Of a stretch of DNA of 64,000 bases, positions 51,659-64,000 are shown piece by piece. The notes beneath the pieces were generated by a model. That model did not search any database. It was not told the DNA's origin and saw only the letters and a program-made list of their open reading frames with translations. The translations under genes and the position numbers were made by a program. The DNA lies in the NCBI RefSeq assembly GCF_006345805.1, contig NC_042999.1, forward strand, positions 25,544,001-25,608,000, in the 5' to 3' direction. The DNA is from Octopus sinensis. Taxonomy: Eukaryota. How positions within the stretch are numbered: position 1 is the stretch's first letter; every line of letters begins with the position of its first letter.

Positions 51659-52075
51659 TACTCTTTACTCTTTTACTTGTTTCAGTCATTTGATTGTGGC
51701 CATGCTGGAGCACCGCCTTTAATCGAGCAACTCGACCCCGGGACTTATTCTTTGTAAGCCCAGTACTTATTCTATCGGTCTCTTTTGCCGAACCGCTAAT
51801 GACGGGGACATAAACACACCAGCATCGGTTGTCAAGCAATGCTAGGGGGCAAACACAGACACACAAACACACACACGCACACACACATATATATATTTAC
51901 ACATATATACGACGGGCTTCTTTCAGTTTCCGCCTACCAAATCCACTCAGAAGGATTTGGTCGGCCCGAGGCTATAGTAGAAGATGCTTGCCCAAGGTGC
52001 CACGCAGTGGGACTGAACCTGGAACCATGTGGTTGGTAAGCAAGCTACTTACCACACAGCTACTCCTGCGCCTAT
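51659..52075 (-). mobile_element. SINE family B
   Basis: Full-length match. Confidence 0.9.
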
Positions 52076-52242
52076 ATATGTACAGATGAAATAAAAAGAT
52101 ATCAAGGTGAAGCCCATGTTCCTTACACCCATTATTAATGTACTCTTTATATTACATTATAACACTCTTCAGACTGCATAATTCCTTGTGGTCACACAAG
52201 GTTGGGAGTTTAATGTGATTAAAAATGAGAACCCCCAAAAAT

Positions 52243-52545
52243 GAACGGTCGCAGTGGCCCAATGGTTAGGGCAGCGAACTCGCGGTCGGAGGTTTGCGGT
52301 TTCGATTCCCAGACGGAGCGTTGTGTGTATTTATTGAACGAAAATGCCTAAAATCTCCGCGAGGATCCGGCAGGGAGTGGTGGTGACCCCTGTTGTACTC
52401 TTTCGCTACGACTTTCTCTCACTCTCTCTTCGTGTTTCTTGAGTAACGCTGCGATGGACTGACATCCCCTCCAGCTGGGGGGAACACACACGCCACAGAA
52501 ACCGGGAAACCGGGCCCATGAGACTGGCTAGGCTTGAAAAGAGCA
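52243..52545 (+). mobile_element. Chimeric SINE: C-type head plus body X plus D' tail
   Basis: GCAGTGGCCCAATGGTTAGGGCAGCG...GGTTTCGATTCCCAGAC (C), body like C/D, tail GAAACCGGGAAACCGGGCCCATGAGACTGGCTAGGC. Confidence 0.8.
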
Positions 52546-52559
52546 ACGTTTATCGTTAT

Positions 52560-52613
52560 ATTTATTTATCTATCTATCTATCTATCTATCTGTCTATCTG
52601 TCTATCTACCTCC

Positions 52614-52691
<78 letters not shown>

Positions 52692-52800
52692 GTCTATCTA
52701 CCTCCTATCTATCTATCTATATCTATCTATCTATCTATCTACTATCTATCTATCTATCTACCTATCTACCTACCTATCTATCTATATATCTATCTATCTA

Positions 52801-52853
<53 letters not shown>

Positions 52854-52923
52854 GTCTATCTACCTCCCTATCTATCTATATATCTATCTATCTATCTATC
52901 TATCTATCTGTCTATCTACCTCC

Positions 52924-52987
<64 letters not shown>

Positions 52988-53110
52988 TTATCTATCTATC
53001 TACCTATCTACCTACCTATCTATCTATATATCTATCTATCTACATATCTGTCCATCTCTCTGTTTGTCTGTTTGTCTGTCTGCATGTCTGTCTGTCTGCC
53101 TATTTATTTA
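52560..53110. repeat. (TCTA)n/(CCTA)n array with recurring TGTCTATCTACCTCCC variants
   Basis: Direct reading. Confidence 0.92.
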
Positions 53111-53919
53111 TATGGCTAACTATCTATGATAGTTGAAACTCATGTATAGAATAGACGGACAAACGAGATACAAGGTTTTATTAGGCGTACTTAAAAGTAA
53201 TACTGTCAATATACTGAGTACGATCTTGAAAATATGAATCGGTAATATTTATAACAAAGTAGACGTTGTTGGATTTTTCACTGCCAGATAAAAGGGAAGA
53301 AAATAATCTAAAGTGAATATAATAAAAAATTAGAATTGATTTGAGGGGTTTAACGAATAAAAGCTGGAATTGTTTAGCTTTTAACAATATTGGCAAATTT
53401 AAGTATTTCTGACATTTGCCTATTTACCTGTGGCAGCGCAACACTTTAAGAAAAGCTTTTATAAGGTAATCGTTTCGCTCTCCGATAAATTTACATCATG
53501 CTGATTTATCAGACATAGATCACAACTTTTCTATTTTGATATGGTGTATTTATTCCTATTCGTTTCTTCGATTTTTTTAATAGACATATATACACAATAG
53601 ACAACATACATACATATATAAATACACACACATATATCTATCTATATATCTATCTATCAATCTTCATATATATACATACATATATACATGCATATATATA
53701 CACATATATAATATATACATATATATATACATGCATATATATGGGCATATGTATATTTGTATATATGCATATAACTAAATCGTGATCTGAACTTTACCAG
53801 CTGAAAACATCAATACATTTCGTTTAGTGAAATATTAATTACTACTAAAATAGCTTCTGGTTATCATATTAAGAATGGAAACGACTGCGATATTTTAAGA
53901 TGTACACGACTCCATTATT

Positions 53920-54925
<1,006 letters not shown>

Positions 54926-55356
54926 TATTTATATTCTTAATTCAGAAATATAATCACTTTGATCTGTTAAGAAAAGTAAAAAAGACGTTTTAATACATTT
55001 CGTTTATAGATTAATTGTACAATCACTGATGGAAAAAATTTCCGTCACATCACAGAATGTGTTAATTGTTAGAAGATATGGGGTCCATCCATCCGTATGT
55101 TAATGTCGGCTCTTTTGGTTGAATTATTGTTTATGGGTTGTAATATTGTTGGAGTTTGAAATGTATATTCAGGTGACTTCAACGTTTTCTGTGTTATTTG
55201 TTTATTGTGTGAGTAATGAATTCAAATTGGTGTTTTCCGTCCAGTCTCTCTGTTTCTCCCCTCTCTCTCTCTGCATATACAGTATGTTTACCTCGTGAAG
55301 ACCACTCGCGTTTTTTTCCCTCTGTCCTCCCACCTCGGGATCTTTCTTTCTCTTAT

Positions 55357-55391
55357 GTTTCCGACGAAGAGCTCCGCTCGAAACGTCATAC
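55357..55391 (+). ncRNA. Minimal PLE-type hammerhead-like motif HHR-4a (U4C)
   Basis: CCGACGA-A-GAGC-UCC-GCUC-GAAA-CGUC; ACGU palindromic stem III; stem I imperfect. Confidence 0.5.
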
Positions 55392-55489
55392 CCTCCTTCT
55401 TCCCCTTTTTTCCTGAGCGCCGAATAATACTTTAATTGTTCCACTTTTTGCGTTGTTGTCTTTTTTTGTTTTTCTTGTTTGGATTAACT

Positions 55490-55530
<41 letters not shown>

Positions 55531-55617
55531 GAGTTTACGAAAAAGCAACAAACGACGAAGGCAGGTGGTGTGCAAAACAAACAGACGTATTAGTATAACG
55601 CTCAGGAATAGAAAAAG

Positions 55618-55655
55618 CCTTTTACGTTTCGAGCTTACGCTCTTCTACAGAAAGA
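55618..55655 (-). ncRNA. Minimal PLE-type hammerhead-like motif HHR-4b (A6U)
   Basis: UCUUU-CUGUAGA-A-GAGC-GUAA-GCUC-GAAA-CGUA-AAAGG; 5-bp stem I. Confidence 0.5.
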
Positions 55656-55720
55656 GACACAAAAAACAAGGAGAGAAGAAAAATGTGTGTAGTGGCTAAC
55701 GATGTATCATGGCATCTAGA

Positions 55721-55826
55721 TATATATATATATTTAAGTTCATACATATATGTATATATATATTTAAGTTCATACATATATGTATATATATATTTAAGTT
55801 CATACATATATGTATATATATTTAAG
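55721..55826. repeat. 30-bp minisatellite (TATATATATATTTAAGTTCATACATATATG), about 3.5 copies
   Basis: Exact period of 30 visible across consecutive lines. Confidence 0.9.
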
Positions 55827-56329
55827 CAATTTTAGAGACAGAACCACTTTTAACTTAAATAAAATTGAAAGGTTTTATACCCACCACTCCATAAAAAGTT
55901 AAAAATAGATAATGTTATAATAATAATTATAATTATATACTACACGTTTTTACTAGAAAGTAGCACCTAGTCATACAAAAATATATAATTTAATTGGTTA
56001 ATTTACGATACTTTAGATTTTTAATTGAATTGTTAGCCGTACGTTACACAATTGTAATTGAAATTTTAAAACTTGAATTCTGAAATTTAGATTAAATGTT
56101 AGGTGAAATATTTAAGAATCATTGTATAAATAATAGATTTTAAATAATATAAATCGTAACTCTAATGTATCGCAAATTATTCGAATTGAGAGTCTAAACA
56201 TTAATTATCAAGCGATAGTGGGAGAAACACAGGCACAGAAACCTATACACACACATACATACATACATGCATGCACACACACACACAGACACAGAGACAC
56301 TCACAAACACATATATATGAATATATATA

Positions 56330-56496
56330 TATATGACGGACTTGTTTCAGCTTCCGTCTATCAAATCCACTCACAAGTCTTTGATCAGCCCGAGGCTATA
56401 GAAGACACTTGCCCAAGGTGTCACGCAGCGTGACTAAAAAGCGAACCATATGGTTGGCAAGCAAACTTCTGAATACAGGCCCACAACTGCGCCTAT
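56330..56496 (-). mobile_element. SINE family B 5' half
   Basis: gacggacttgtttcagcttccgtctatcaaatccactcacaag...gacacttgcccaaggtgtcacgcagc. Confidence 0.8.
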
Positions 56497-56648
56497 ACAT
56501 ACATACATACATACATACAAACATACATACATACATACATACATACATACATACATACGTACATATATACATACATTCACACACACAAACACATATATAC
56601 ATATATATACGTTCATATATACATACATTCACATGCACACATATATAC

Positions 56649-56732
<84 letters not shown>

Positions 56733-57051
56733 CATACATATGTTCATACATATCTATACACACACGCACGCACACACACACACGTACATATTTACATATA
56801 CATGAGAGAATGAGTTGTGAGGTACTGCACGTTATCAAAATGTTGAATCCAGGTAGATAGTTCCACATTCCAGTCCTATACTTGACGTGGGTTGACGATA
56901 ATCTTCCTTTGTTGCTGATAGTTGCGAGGAAGTGGAGGAATGGCATCATGTAATATCGGCAACCGGCGTATATAATAGCGACAACCCATTTAATGGAACA
57001 GATGTATATCATAAATCATGAAATAGTGTCATATCGTATGTTGATTGTATA

Positions 57052-57552
57052 TATACAGGCATTGTATATAATAATGGAAACACCTAGCATCACAGTAATT
57101 TTGAAATATCTATAAAACCGTTAAAAGCTTGTATATATTTATTTTGTCATTTATTATTAGTGTTGCTTAATATGTTTTGCTAACATTGCTGTTTCTTTTC
57201 AGATATCATGAGAAAAAGGTAATTCATTAAAATGACAGATCTATCGGACTTTCAAAGACTTCAAATTGTTGGTTCTCGTATGGCAGGCGCTCGCGTAACG
57301 AAAACAGCCAACATGTTTGGCGTATCGAGAAGTACTGTCTCGAAAGTAATGACAGCCTTTGAGAAAGGCGGAAAAACCTCCTTTTCGAAACAAAACATCA
57401 GAAGAAACCAAAATTTTCAGATAGGGACCGTTGTCCTCTTACACGAATTGTTAGAAAGTATCACAAAAGTACAGCTCCCGAAATTACTGCGGAGCTTAAT
57501 GACCACCTCGAGAACCCAGTTTCCACAACAACTGTTCGCCGGGAGCTGCACA
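57052..57552 (+). mobile_element. Tc1 transposon 5' relic (N-terminal HTH of transposase), truncated by (TG)n
   Basis: MTDLSDFQRLQIVGSRMAGARVTKTANMFGVSRSTVSKVMTAFEKGGKT, then after a frameshift SDRDRCPLTRIVRKYHKSTAPEITAELNDHLENPVSTTTVRRELHK; 5' TA-CAGG end. Confidence 0.88.
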
Positions 57553-58399
57553 AACATATAAATATGTTTGTGTGTGTGTGTTTCGTGTGCGTGTGTGTGT
57601 TTCGTGCGTGTGTATGTGTTTTGTGTGCGCGTGTGTGATTTGTGTGTATGTGTGTGTTTTGTGTGTATGTGTGTTTTGTGTGTATGTGTATTCTTTATGC
57701 ATACCTGCATGCGTTATCACGCATACACGTACACACACAGTCACACATACACACACTCACACACACAAGTCCACACACGAATTCACACATACAGAAGCTT
57801 ACATATATCCATACTAAATAACTATGTTCTAATCTATTGATTTACTTCAATACTATATATCTAATAGTAAATTTCTATTGGCTAGTGCCTATTTTATCGA
57901 CGTGAAAGAAAGAAATCTTTTCAACGATGGCATTTCAACTGAGAAGGTAAAATGACGTAATGAATTACCTCGTGGTACTTCCTGCGGCACACTACACATC
58001 TCACTCTCTCCTTAACTACTTGTCAATATTTGTTTTCTTTACTTGTTAACCTTTTCACGCACCATTTCCTGTATATATAAAGTTGCTGACTTCGGGGTAT
58101 ATATTTCAATCAATTAATTAGTCACACTTTGCAATACACATCACATGTAGTTGAAATCAATAACTTCAGCTAAAGATCGAAGGCAATCCCCTTTTATAAC
58201 TAACGGCCTTGTCTGTTGCCGTTTTATCTTTCTGAAACACAATCTGTGCTTCCACTGTTGTAGTCATGTTCCTTCATTCTCTCGGGTCTGGAGCTATTTC
58301 CGCTTGATCGAAGCGCCCCCTGTTGCATAATATTGCGTTAGGGTTTTCACGAAACTAGTTTTCGAAAGCGTATAAGGTTACGAGTAATTTAACCACCAA

Positions 58400-58546
58400 C
58401 ACTCATCAACATCATCATCATCATCATCATCGTCATCCTCCTCCTCCTCCTCCTCCTCATCATCATCATCATGATGAGCAGCAGCATCTTCGTCGTTGTC
58501 GTCATTATCACCATCACCACAACTACCACCACTATCATTAGCATTG

Positions 58547-58582
<36 letters not shown>

Positions 58583-58720
58583 CTTCCATCTTTCTCATCA
58601 CCACCATTGGTACTGCAATCATCAACATCGTCGTCGTTGTCATCCTCCCTCCTCCTACTCCTTCCCATTATCGTCAACATCAACATAACAAAACAACAAC
58701 TACCGCCACAACCGATATCA
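58400..58720. repeat. (CAT)n/(CCT)n/(CGT)n degenerate trinucleotide tract
   Basis: Direct reading; explains the poly-D/E and poly-S ORFs. Confidence 0.85.
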
Positions 58721-59009
58721 TTATGCAACACTAGATGTATCCGTGTACGTGAGGTGTGCGCAATTTTTGTGAAAGTGTAATTATGTTGGTATACTACATC
58801 AGCTGCACTGTTTTGAGTGTTACATTGGTATTTTAAGTGTTTCCTGCGCTGAGAATCTGTAATATATTCTGCGCTATTCTGTTACGTGAGTTTTGTGAGG
58901 AACACCTCAGGAGTGAATGGTGTAATGTGTAAGAGCATGCGTTTGTGATTGTATAAATTATGTTTTGTATGGGATGTGTTAAATTATATTGACTTAAAAT
59001 TTTGTTACA

Positions 59010-59437
59010 GGGCCAGCAAGTTCGGGGGTGGGGTAAGTAGCAGGTATTTATTTCATCGACCCTAAAATGACGAAAGTGGAGGCCCGTGGCTTAGTTGTTA
59101 GGGTGTCAGCACCATGATCGTAAGATTGTGGTTTCGATACCTGGACCGGGCGGCGCGTTGTGTTCTTGAGCAAAACACTGCATTTCATGTTGCTCCAGTC
59201 CACTCAGCTGGCAAAAATGAGTAATGCTGCGATGGACTGGCGTCCCGTCCAGCTGGAGGGAACACATACGCTATAGAAACCGGGAAACCGGGCCCATGAG
59301 CCTGGCTAGACTTTAAAAGGAAAAGGACGAAAGGTAAAGAGGATCTCATCTGAATTTGTAGTCAGAACATGAAAACAGACCAAGTGATGCTAAGCATTTT
59401 GCCCAGCATGGTAAAGATTCTGACAGCTGGCCGCCTT
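59010..59437 (-). mobile_element. SINE family A copy split by an inserted SINE
   Basis: The body continues across 59076/59334; head at 59400-59437 (ctgacagctggccgcc). Confidence 0.7.
59077..59321 (+). mobile_element. SINE: tRNA head plus body Y plus D' tail, nested, with TSD
   Basis: Body CTTGAGCAAAACACTGCATTTCATGTTGCTCCAGTCCACTCAGCTGGCAAAAATGAGT; TSD AAA(T/G)GACGAAAG at 59065-76 and 59322-33. Confidence 0.85.
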
Positions 59438-59728
59438 CATATGTTAATACGTAATGTGCAGTTGTATATGCGATATTGATGGCGCGTGATATGTGATACC
59501 GAATCGCAATCTTTTAATGGTATATAATGTATTACTTTATAGGGCGTTTATTGTATAAATTATGAATGTATCCGATGAATTGTTTCAACGTATTGATTGC
59601 GTAGATTAAGTGGGTGATGACCATGTGAAGTACTTACAAGGTACTTTGTTTTGTTTCTGTTGGTGTTGGTCTTTTAACGTACGGTCTGTGTAGATTGTCC
59701 TGATTTAGTGGGTGTTGGTTCGGTAATT

Positions 59729-60036
59729 GAGGGCGCATGGCTTAGCGGTTAGGGCTCATGATCACAAGGTCTTGCTTCCGATTTCCAGCGGCACGTTGTA
59801 CTTGAGCAAGATGCTTTATTTCACGTTGCTCCAGTCCACTCAGCTGGCAAAAATGAGTTGTACCTACATTTTGAAAGACCAGCCTTATCCCATTATGTTT
59901 CACGCTGAATCTCTCTAAGATCTTCGTGAAGCTTTCGCATGACTGTAAAGCGCTCAGCCACTTGCACGTGAAATTCACGAACAGGATGCTCTGTTGATCG
60001 AATCAACTGGAAACCTCGCAGTCGAAACCAACGGAG
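59729..60036 (+). mobile_element. Degenerate SINE: tRNA head plus body Y plus C tail
   Basis: CTTGAGCAAGATGCTTTATTTCACGTTGCTCCAGTCCACTCAGCTGGCAAAAATGAGT, followed by the C-type tail (cacgctgaat..ctcagccacttgcacg..gttgatcgaatcaactggaa). Confidence 0.75.
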
Positions 60037-60329
60037 GGCCAGATTGATCGTATAAATATTGTTTTGTGTGAGTTGCGAAAAATATTAGGTATGTACATTA
60101 AGATATTGAATTCGACGTAACTTGTATAGGACGAGAGCCGTAACAAGCAGAACAAATTTTCTGCCTCTGTGCACAGTTCTACGCCATGCTATATACCTTT
60201 TGTCCAGTCTCTCATTTAATCGTCTCTTGTCCTCAAAATATGATTAGGACTGCCTTCACTTCTTACCCAAAATTGCATTTTACTTTTAACATGAAAATAC
60301 AAATTCCATTTAGTTTCGTGGTGTTGTAA

Positions 60330-61145
60330 ATCTAAAAATTTCTTACAGAAAATATTATAGTTAGACATGATCGGAACCCCCATCTCAATACGGTCATTGT
60401 CATATCCTTGAGTTTGCATTCTCTGGCTCATATAGCGTTTCTAAGTCTATCTTAGCCAGATAATTTATACATGCTGTGTTTGTTATATGCTTATACAAGG
60501 GTTTTCTCAATATACAGGTTGGAACGCTAGTATATTACATAATAGGCATAACGGCTAATTCGAATGTTTGCGTATAAAGTCAAGCATTGCAAAGACTAGG
60601 CATCGAGATTGTGATAGATTATCGTATTATTCTGTTTGCACAGAGTCACATGCTTATGACTTTGTTCTTATGTTGCTATAAATAGGTCTTGTGTACCAGA
60701 AATCAAGCCTGGTTTCCGATCGCTATGAGATGAAAATTGGATTGGTTTTCCTCTGATTTTTTGCCTTTGTGTAAATTTCGTTTTTCGGTTATTTTACTTG
60801 AAATCCGTTCTACAGTATGTTTTCCAGTGAAGTTATCTTCATATCTTCCCATTTGCAGTTTATTGTTTCTTTATAAATACAGGGGGAAATAGTTTCTTTT
60901 TGTATTCATTGTCCTATTGTTATAAGTGAATTCAATTTTCTATATAATCTGACCCGAGTGTTGTCCTCCTTTCTAATTTTCTCTTTGATTTCTCTTTTAT
61001 TTTATCAGTTATTTATTATCGTATTGTTATCTATGAACTAACTATTTTATATTAATACCACCCTTCTGTTATACGTTTTCACAATTTCCCCTTTCATTTC
61101 CTTGTCTTTTATTTTATCACTTTCATCCTCACCTAGATATTTCTA
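60330..61145 (-). mobile_element. Highly degenerate R4/Dong-type RLE LINE fragment
   Basis: Residual motifs KYLGEDE (about 61125-42), GLISGTQD (about 60686-709, compare ETEGLIIAAQD) and a broken C..LC...C...RKH zinc knuckle. Confidence 0.5.
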
Positions 61146-61644
61146 TCTGTAGTTATAGACTGAGACTACTGTCTCAGTATGGGATTAATTTCGTTTGTAT
61201 GGGATTAATTTCGCTTGTTGTCTCGTCATATATCTATTTTTATATACTAACTTCTTGAAGAATAATTAGTGGGGAATTGCTTGATTTTTACTCCCCACCC
61301 TTTTATTATCTCTATTTCGTGATTTTTATATTTTACCATCTGTATTAGAAATCCGTTATTGTTAGTTAAGACTGATACTTCAGTTATGACGATCTATCTT
61401 TCGTTATGGCTCTTGATAACGATGTATGACTGAAGATCCTTGGCACGATTTCTTACACCGATTGACATATCCCGAAGTATTGTCGATTTGTTGTTGTCCG
61501 TGATCCGATTCTCGTATAAAACTATAAAGCATATATCTCGTTGTTATTACTTAATGCTGGCATGAATGTCCATATATGGAAGTCTCACACTTTGCCAGTC
61601 GATGCATTATTTCTTAGCATGAGCTAGCTGAGATACAATTATCA

Positions 61645-61757
61645 ACTGTTCCTTATTTCTTTATTGCCCACAAGGGGCTAAACATAGAGGGAACAAACAA
61701 GGACAGACAAAGGGATTAAGTCGATTACATGAACCCCCAGTGCGTAACTGGTACTTA
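61645..61757 (-). mobile_element. SINE family A 3' part
   Basis: tatttctttattgcccacaaggggctaaaca..gggaacaaacaaggacagacaaagggattaagtcgattacat. Confidence 0.8.
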
Positions 61758-61765
61758 CTGTTTCT

Positions 61766-63046
61766 TACATTCAATCTATCAAAACGTTCTCGGACTAGTT
61801 CTATAACGAGCCAACAGATGGCAGAACACGGTTGCTTGCGCAGTGAGAGCTAGCAGTGACATTTATGATGCAGTGTGCCGCGTAACATTGCTGTGTTTAC
61901 TTTAGAAGTTGCGAAAGTTGCGTTTTTGTGATCACGTTTATGCTGAACTCTGCGATTTTGTCATCGACAGGAAGTTAGAAGAAAGAACCAAAAGGAAATT
62001 TTGCATTAAGCTTCGGACGTCTGCTACAAAGATATTGAACATGCTTCTGCAAACTTACAGCGACTAGGCCATGGGTTGTATGCATGTTTGGAGTGTCATG
62101 GGCACTTCAAGGGCAGAAGAACGTCGCTGGAAAACCTTCCGCGACCGTCACCTCGGGACGTGGAGAAAATTCATTAGCTTGTGCATGAGGATCATCAACG
62201 ACATTGCTGATGTTGTTGGTCTGTCGTATAGGTTCGTGCAGGCAATCCTAACGCCTGAATGGAACATGCGGCGTGTCTCTACCCATTTTGACCCTACCTG
62301 CTGACTACTGAGCAAAAAGAACTTCGGGTCGAAGATTGCCAAGAGCTCCGTCAGCGTACCGCTGATGACTCATCCTTAATGTCGAGGATCTTCACAGTTG
62401 ACAAAAGTTGGGTCTACGCGTATGAAGCAGTACTCCTAACCGAAGAATGCACTCCGCGACCGAAGAAGGCACGACAGAGCCGCAGCTCAATAAAGAGCGT
62501 ACTCATTGTTTTTTTTCCGAAATTAACCGTATTGTGCATCGAGAATTTGTCCCCTAGGGCTAGACCGTCAATTAAGAGATCTACTGCGATATTTTGAAGC
62601 GTTTGAGTGGGGTAAATTCGGCGAAAACAAACAGATCTTTGGAGCGCGAGGAATTGGATTTTTCATGCCGACAATGCACCCTGGAAGCGAGTTTTCCTCA
62701 CTCTTGAGTTTCTCGCCAAAAACAATATGATATCATTTTTGCACCCTCCCTATTTGACCGATTTAGCACCCATGAACTCTCATCTCCTCCCCAAGATAAT
62801 AAAAAAAGCAGCTTAGAGGTCACCGTTTTAATTCCGTTGTCGATGTGCAGAGCGAATCGCAGAAGACCATCGACTCGCTTTCGTAAAACGATTTCCAGGC
62901 CGGATTCCAAAAGTTGATGGAACGCTGGGACTTATGTGTTGCTGCGCAAGGTGGCTATTTAGAATGCGATGATGTTGAAACAGAAGTTTATAAAATTTTT
63001 TTTTTTAACCATAACTAGTCCCGGAACGTTTTGATACTACCTCGTG
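61766..63046 (+). mobile_element. Near full-length (about 1.28 kb) degenerate mariner (DD34D) element with both TIRs
   Basis: TIRs TATCAAAACGTTCTCGGACTAGTT (61777-61800) and AACTAGTCCCGGAACGTTTTGATA (63013-63036); motifs KFCIKL, IFTVDKSWVYAYE, FHADNAP, HPPYLTDLAP; many stops and frameshifts. Confidence 0.9.
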
Positions 63047-63454
63047 TTGCTGCTACTTAATATATTTTACTTCTTTACTTGCAGTAGTTACTTTCTTGTG
63101 CCGAAGCGTTGATACAGAGCTGTAATCAAATATCATTCTCTCGCCCTTGATCCAATGTTGCCATTTTAAAAAATTTATTTCCAAACTGTTCAGCTTTATC
63201 AGGTCCTGGTATGTAGTAGGTTTCCTTATTAACTCTTTACCACTTATCGAGTGGTGCCTTTTGTCTTTTAGATTTAGCCTTTTTACAATTTTTGTTGTTA
63301 TCTTTCAATTTTCTTAACTGCAGAGATGCTAGGGTACCGCTTTGAAAGGGATTTGTCAAACAAATTCCACCCAGTACTTAATCATTTAAGACTTCAAATT
63401 ATTTTATCAGTTGCTTAAGCTGACTCGCTAGGTCACGAGGAAGTAAACGGGCGA

Positions 63455-63520
63455 ACCGCAGTTATCAAGCGGTTGGGGATAAATACAACACAAAAATGTA
63501 TATTACACACGCACGCACAT

Positions 63521-63558
<38 letters not shown>

Positions 63559-63625
63559 ACACACACACACATCTAGTGGGCTTTCAGTTTCCCTGACCAA
63601 ACCTATTCACAAAATGTATTGTCTA
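63455..63625 (-). mobile_element. Degenerate SINE family B fragment with internal (CA)n
   Basis: gttatcaagcggttggggataaatacaa..(CA)n..gggctttcagtttccctgaccaaacctattcacaa. Confidence 0.5.
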
Positions 63626-64000
63626 AAAATTTTAGAAACGCCTATCCTTACCCTCATACAATCGCCTTCCCAGGCTACAAAATAAATTCATCCCAATTTC
63701 AGTCAACCGTTATACAACACACGGAAACACATCCTTCATTCTTGTCATTAACTATGTCGCGAATCCATGACGGGATGGTCGCGGACAGAATACCTTCCAC
63801 CGTAGCTCTAATACTGTGGAAGGCATTCCAACTTTGTAGTCTCTTGTAGCCCGGTGTTTTGTATTTATTGTCCACCTGTTTACTAATGTTACCACGGTTT
63901 ATATACCACTAACCTTAGAATAAGTATGTACAGACCGTTCTCGAACCCTCAAAGAAACCTTCATATCATTTGTTGCAATACCTTCCCTAGGCAACACCTA

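Overview
AT-rich, repeat-saturated eukaryotic genomic DNA with no recognisable host protein-coding exon. The tRNA-derived SINE families and the (TA)n/(TCTA)n/(CA)n density suggest an octopus (coleoid cephalopod) intron or intergenic region; this is inference from recalled repeat families, not a database hit. Nearly all ORFs in the supplied track are microsatellite translations. The recognisable coding relics are all transposon-derived: a Penelope-like GIY-YIG fragment (about 1150-1745, minus), a cluster of R4/Dong-type RLE LINE fragments in (TAA)n (37.4-39.7 kb), a second RLE family, a CR1/L2-group LINE, and five Tc1/mariner relics. There are also several MITEs and at least four SINE families whose head, body and tail modules are shuffled. 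The main discovery is a set of type I hammerhead ribozyme (HHR) motifs from five unrelated non-coding repeat families between 33 and 56 kb, each next to a (TA)n tract: (1) a tandem repeat with two identical HHRs whose cleavage sites are 479 nt apart, i.e. retrozyme/circRNA architecture; (2) a 339-nt unit whose HHR has a compensatory U3:A8 core pair and a GUC site; (3) an HHR with a very large stem II insertion; (4) an inverted HHR pair; (5) a tail-to-tail pair of minimal Penelope-type HHR variants. All structures were folded by eye and none has been tested for activity.
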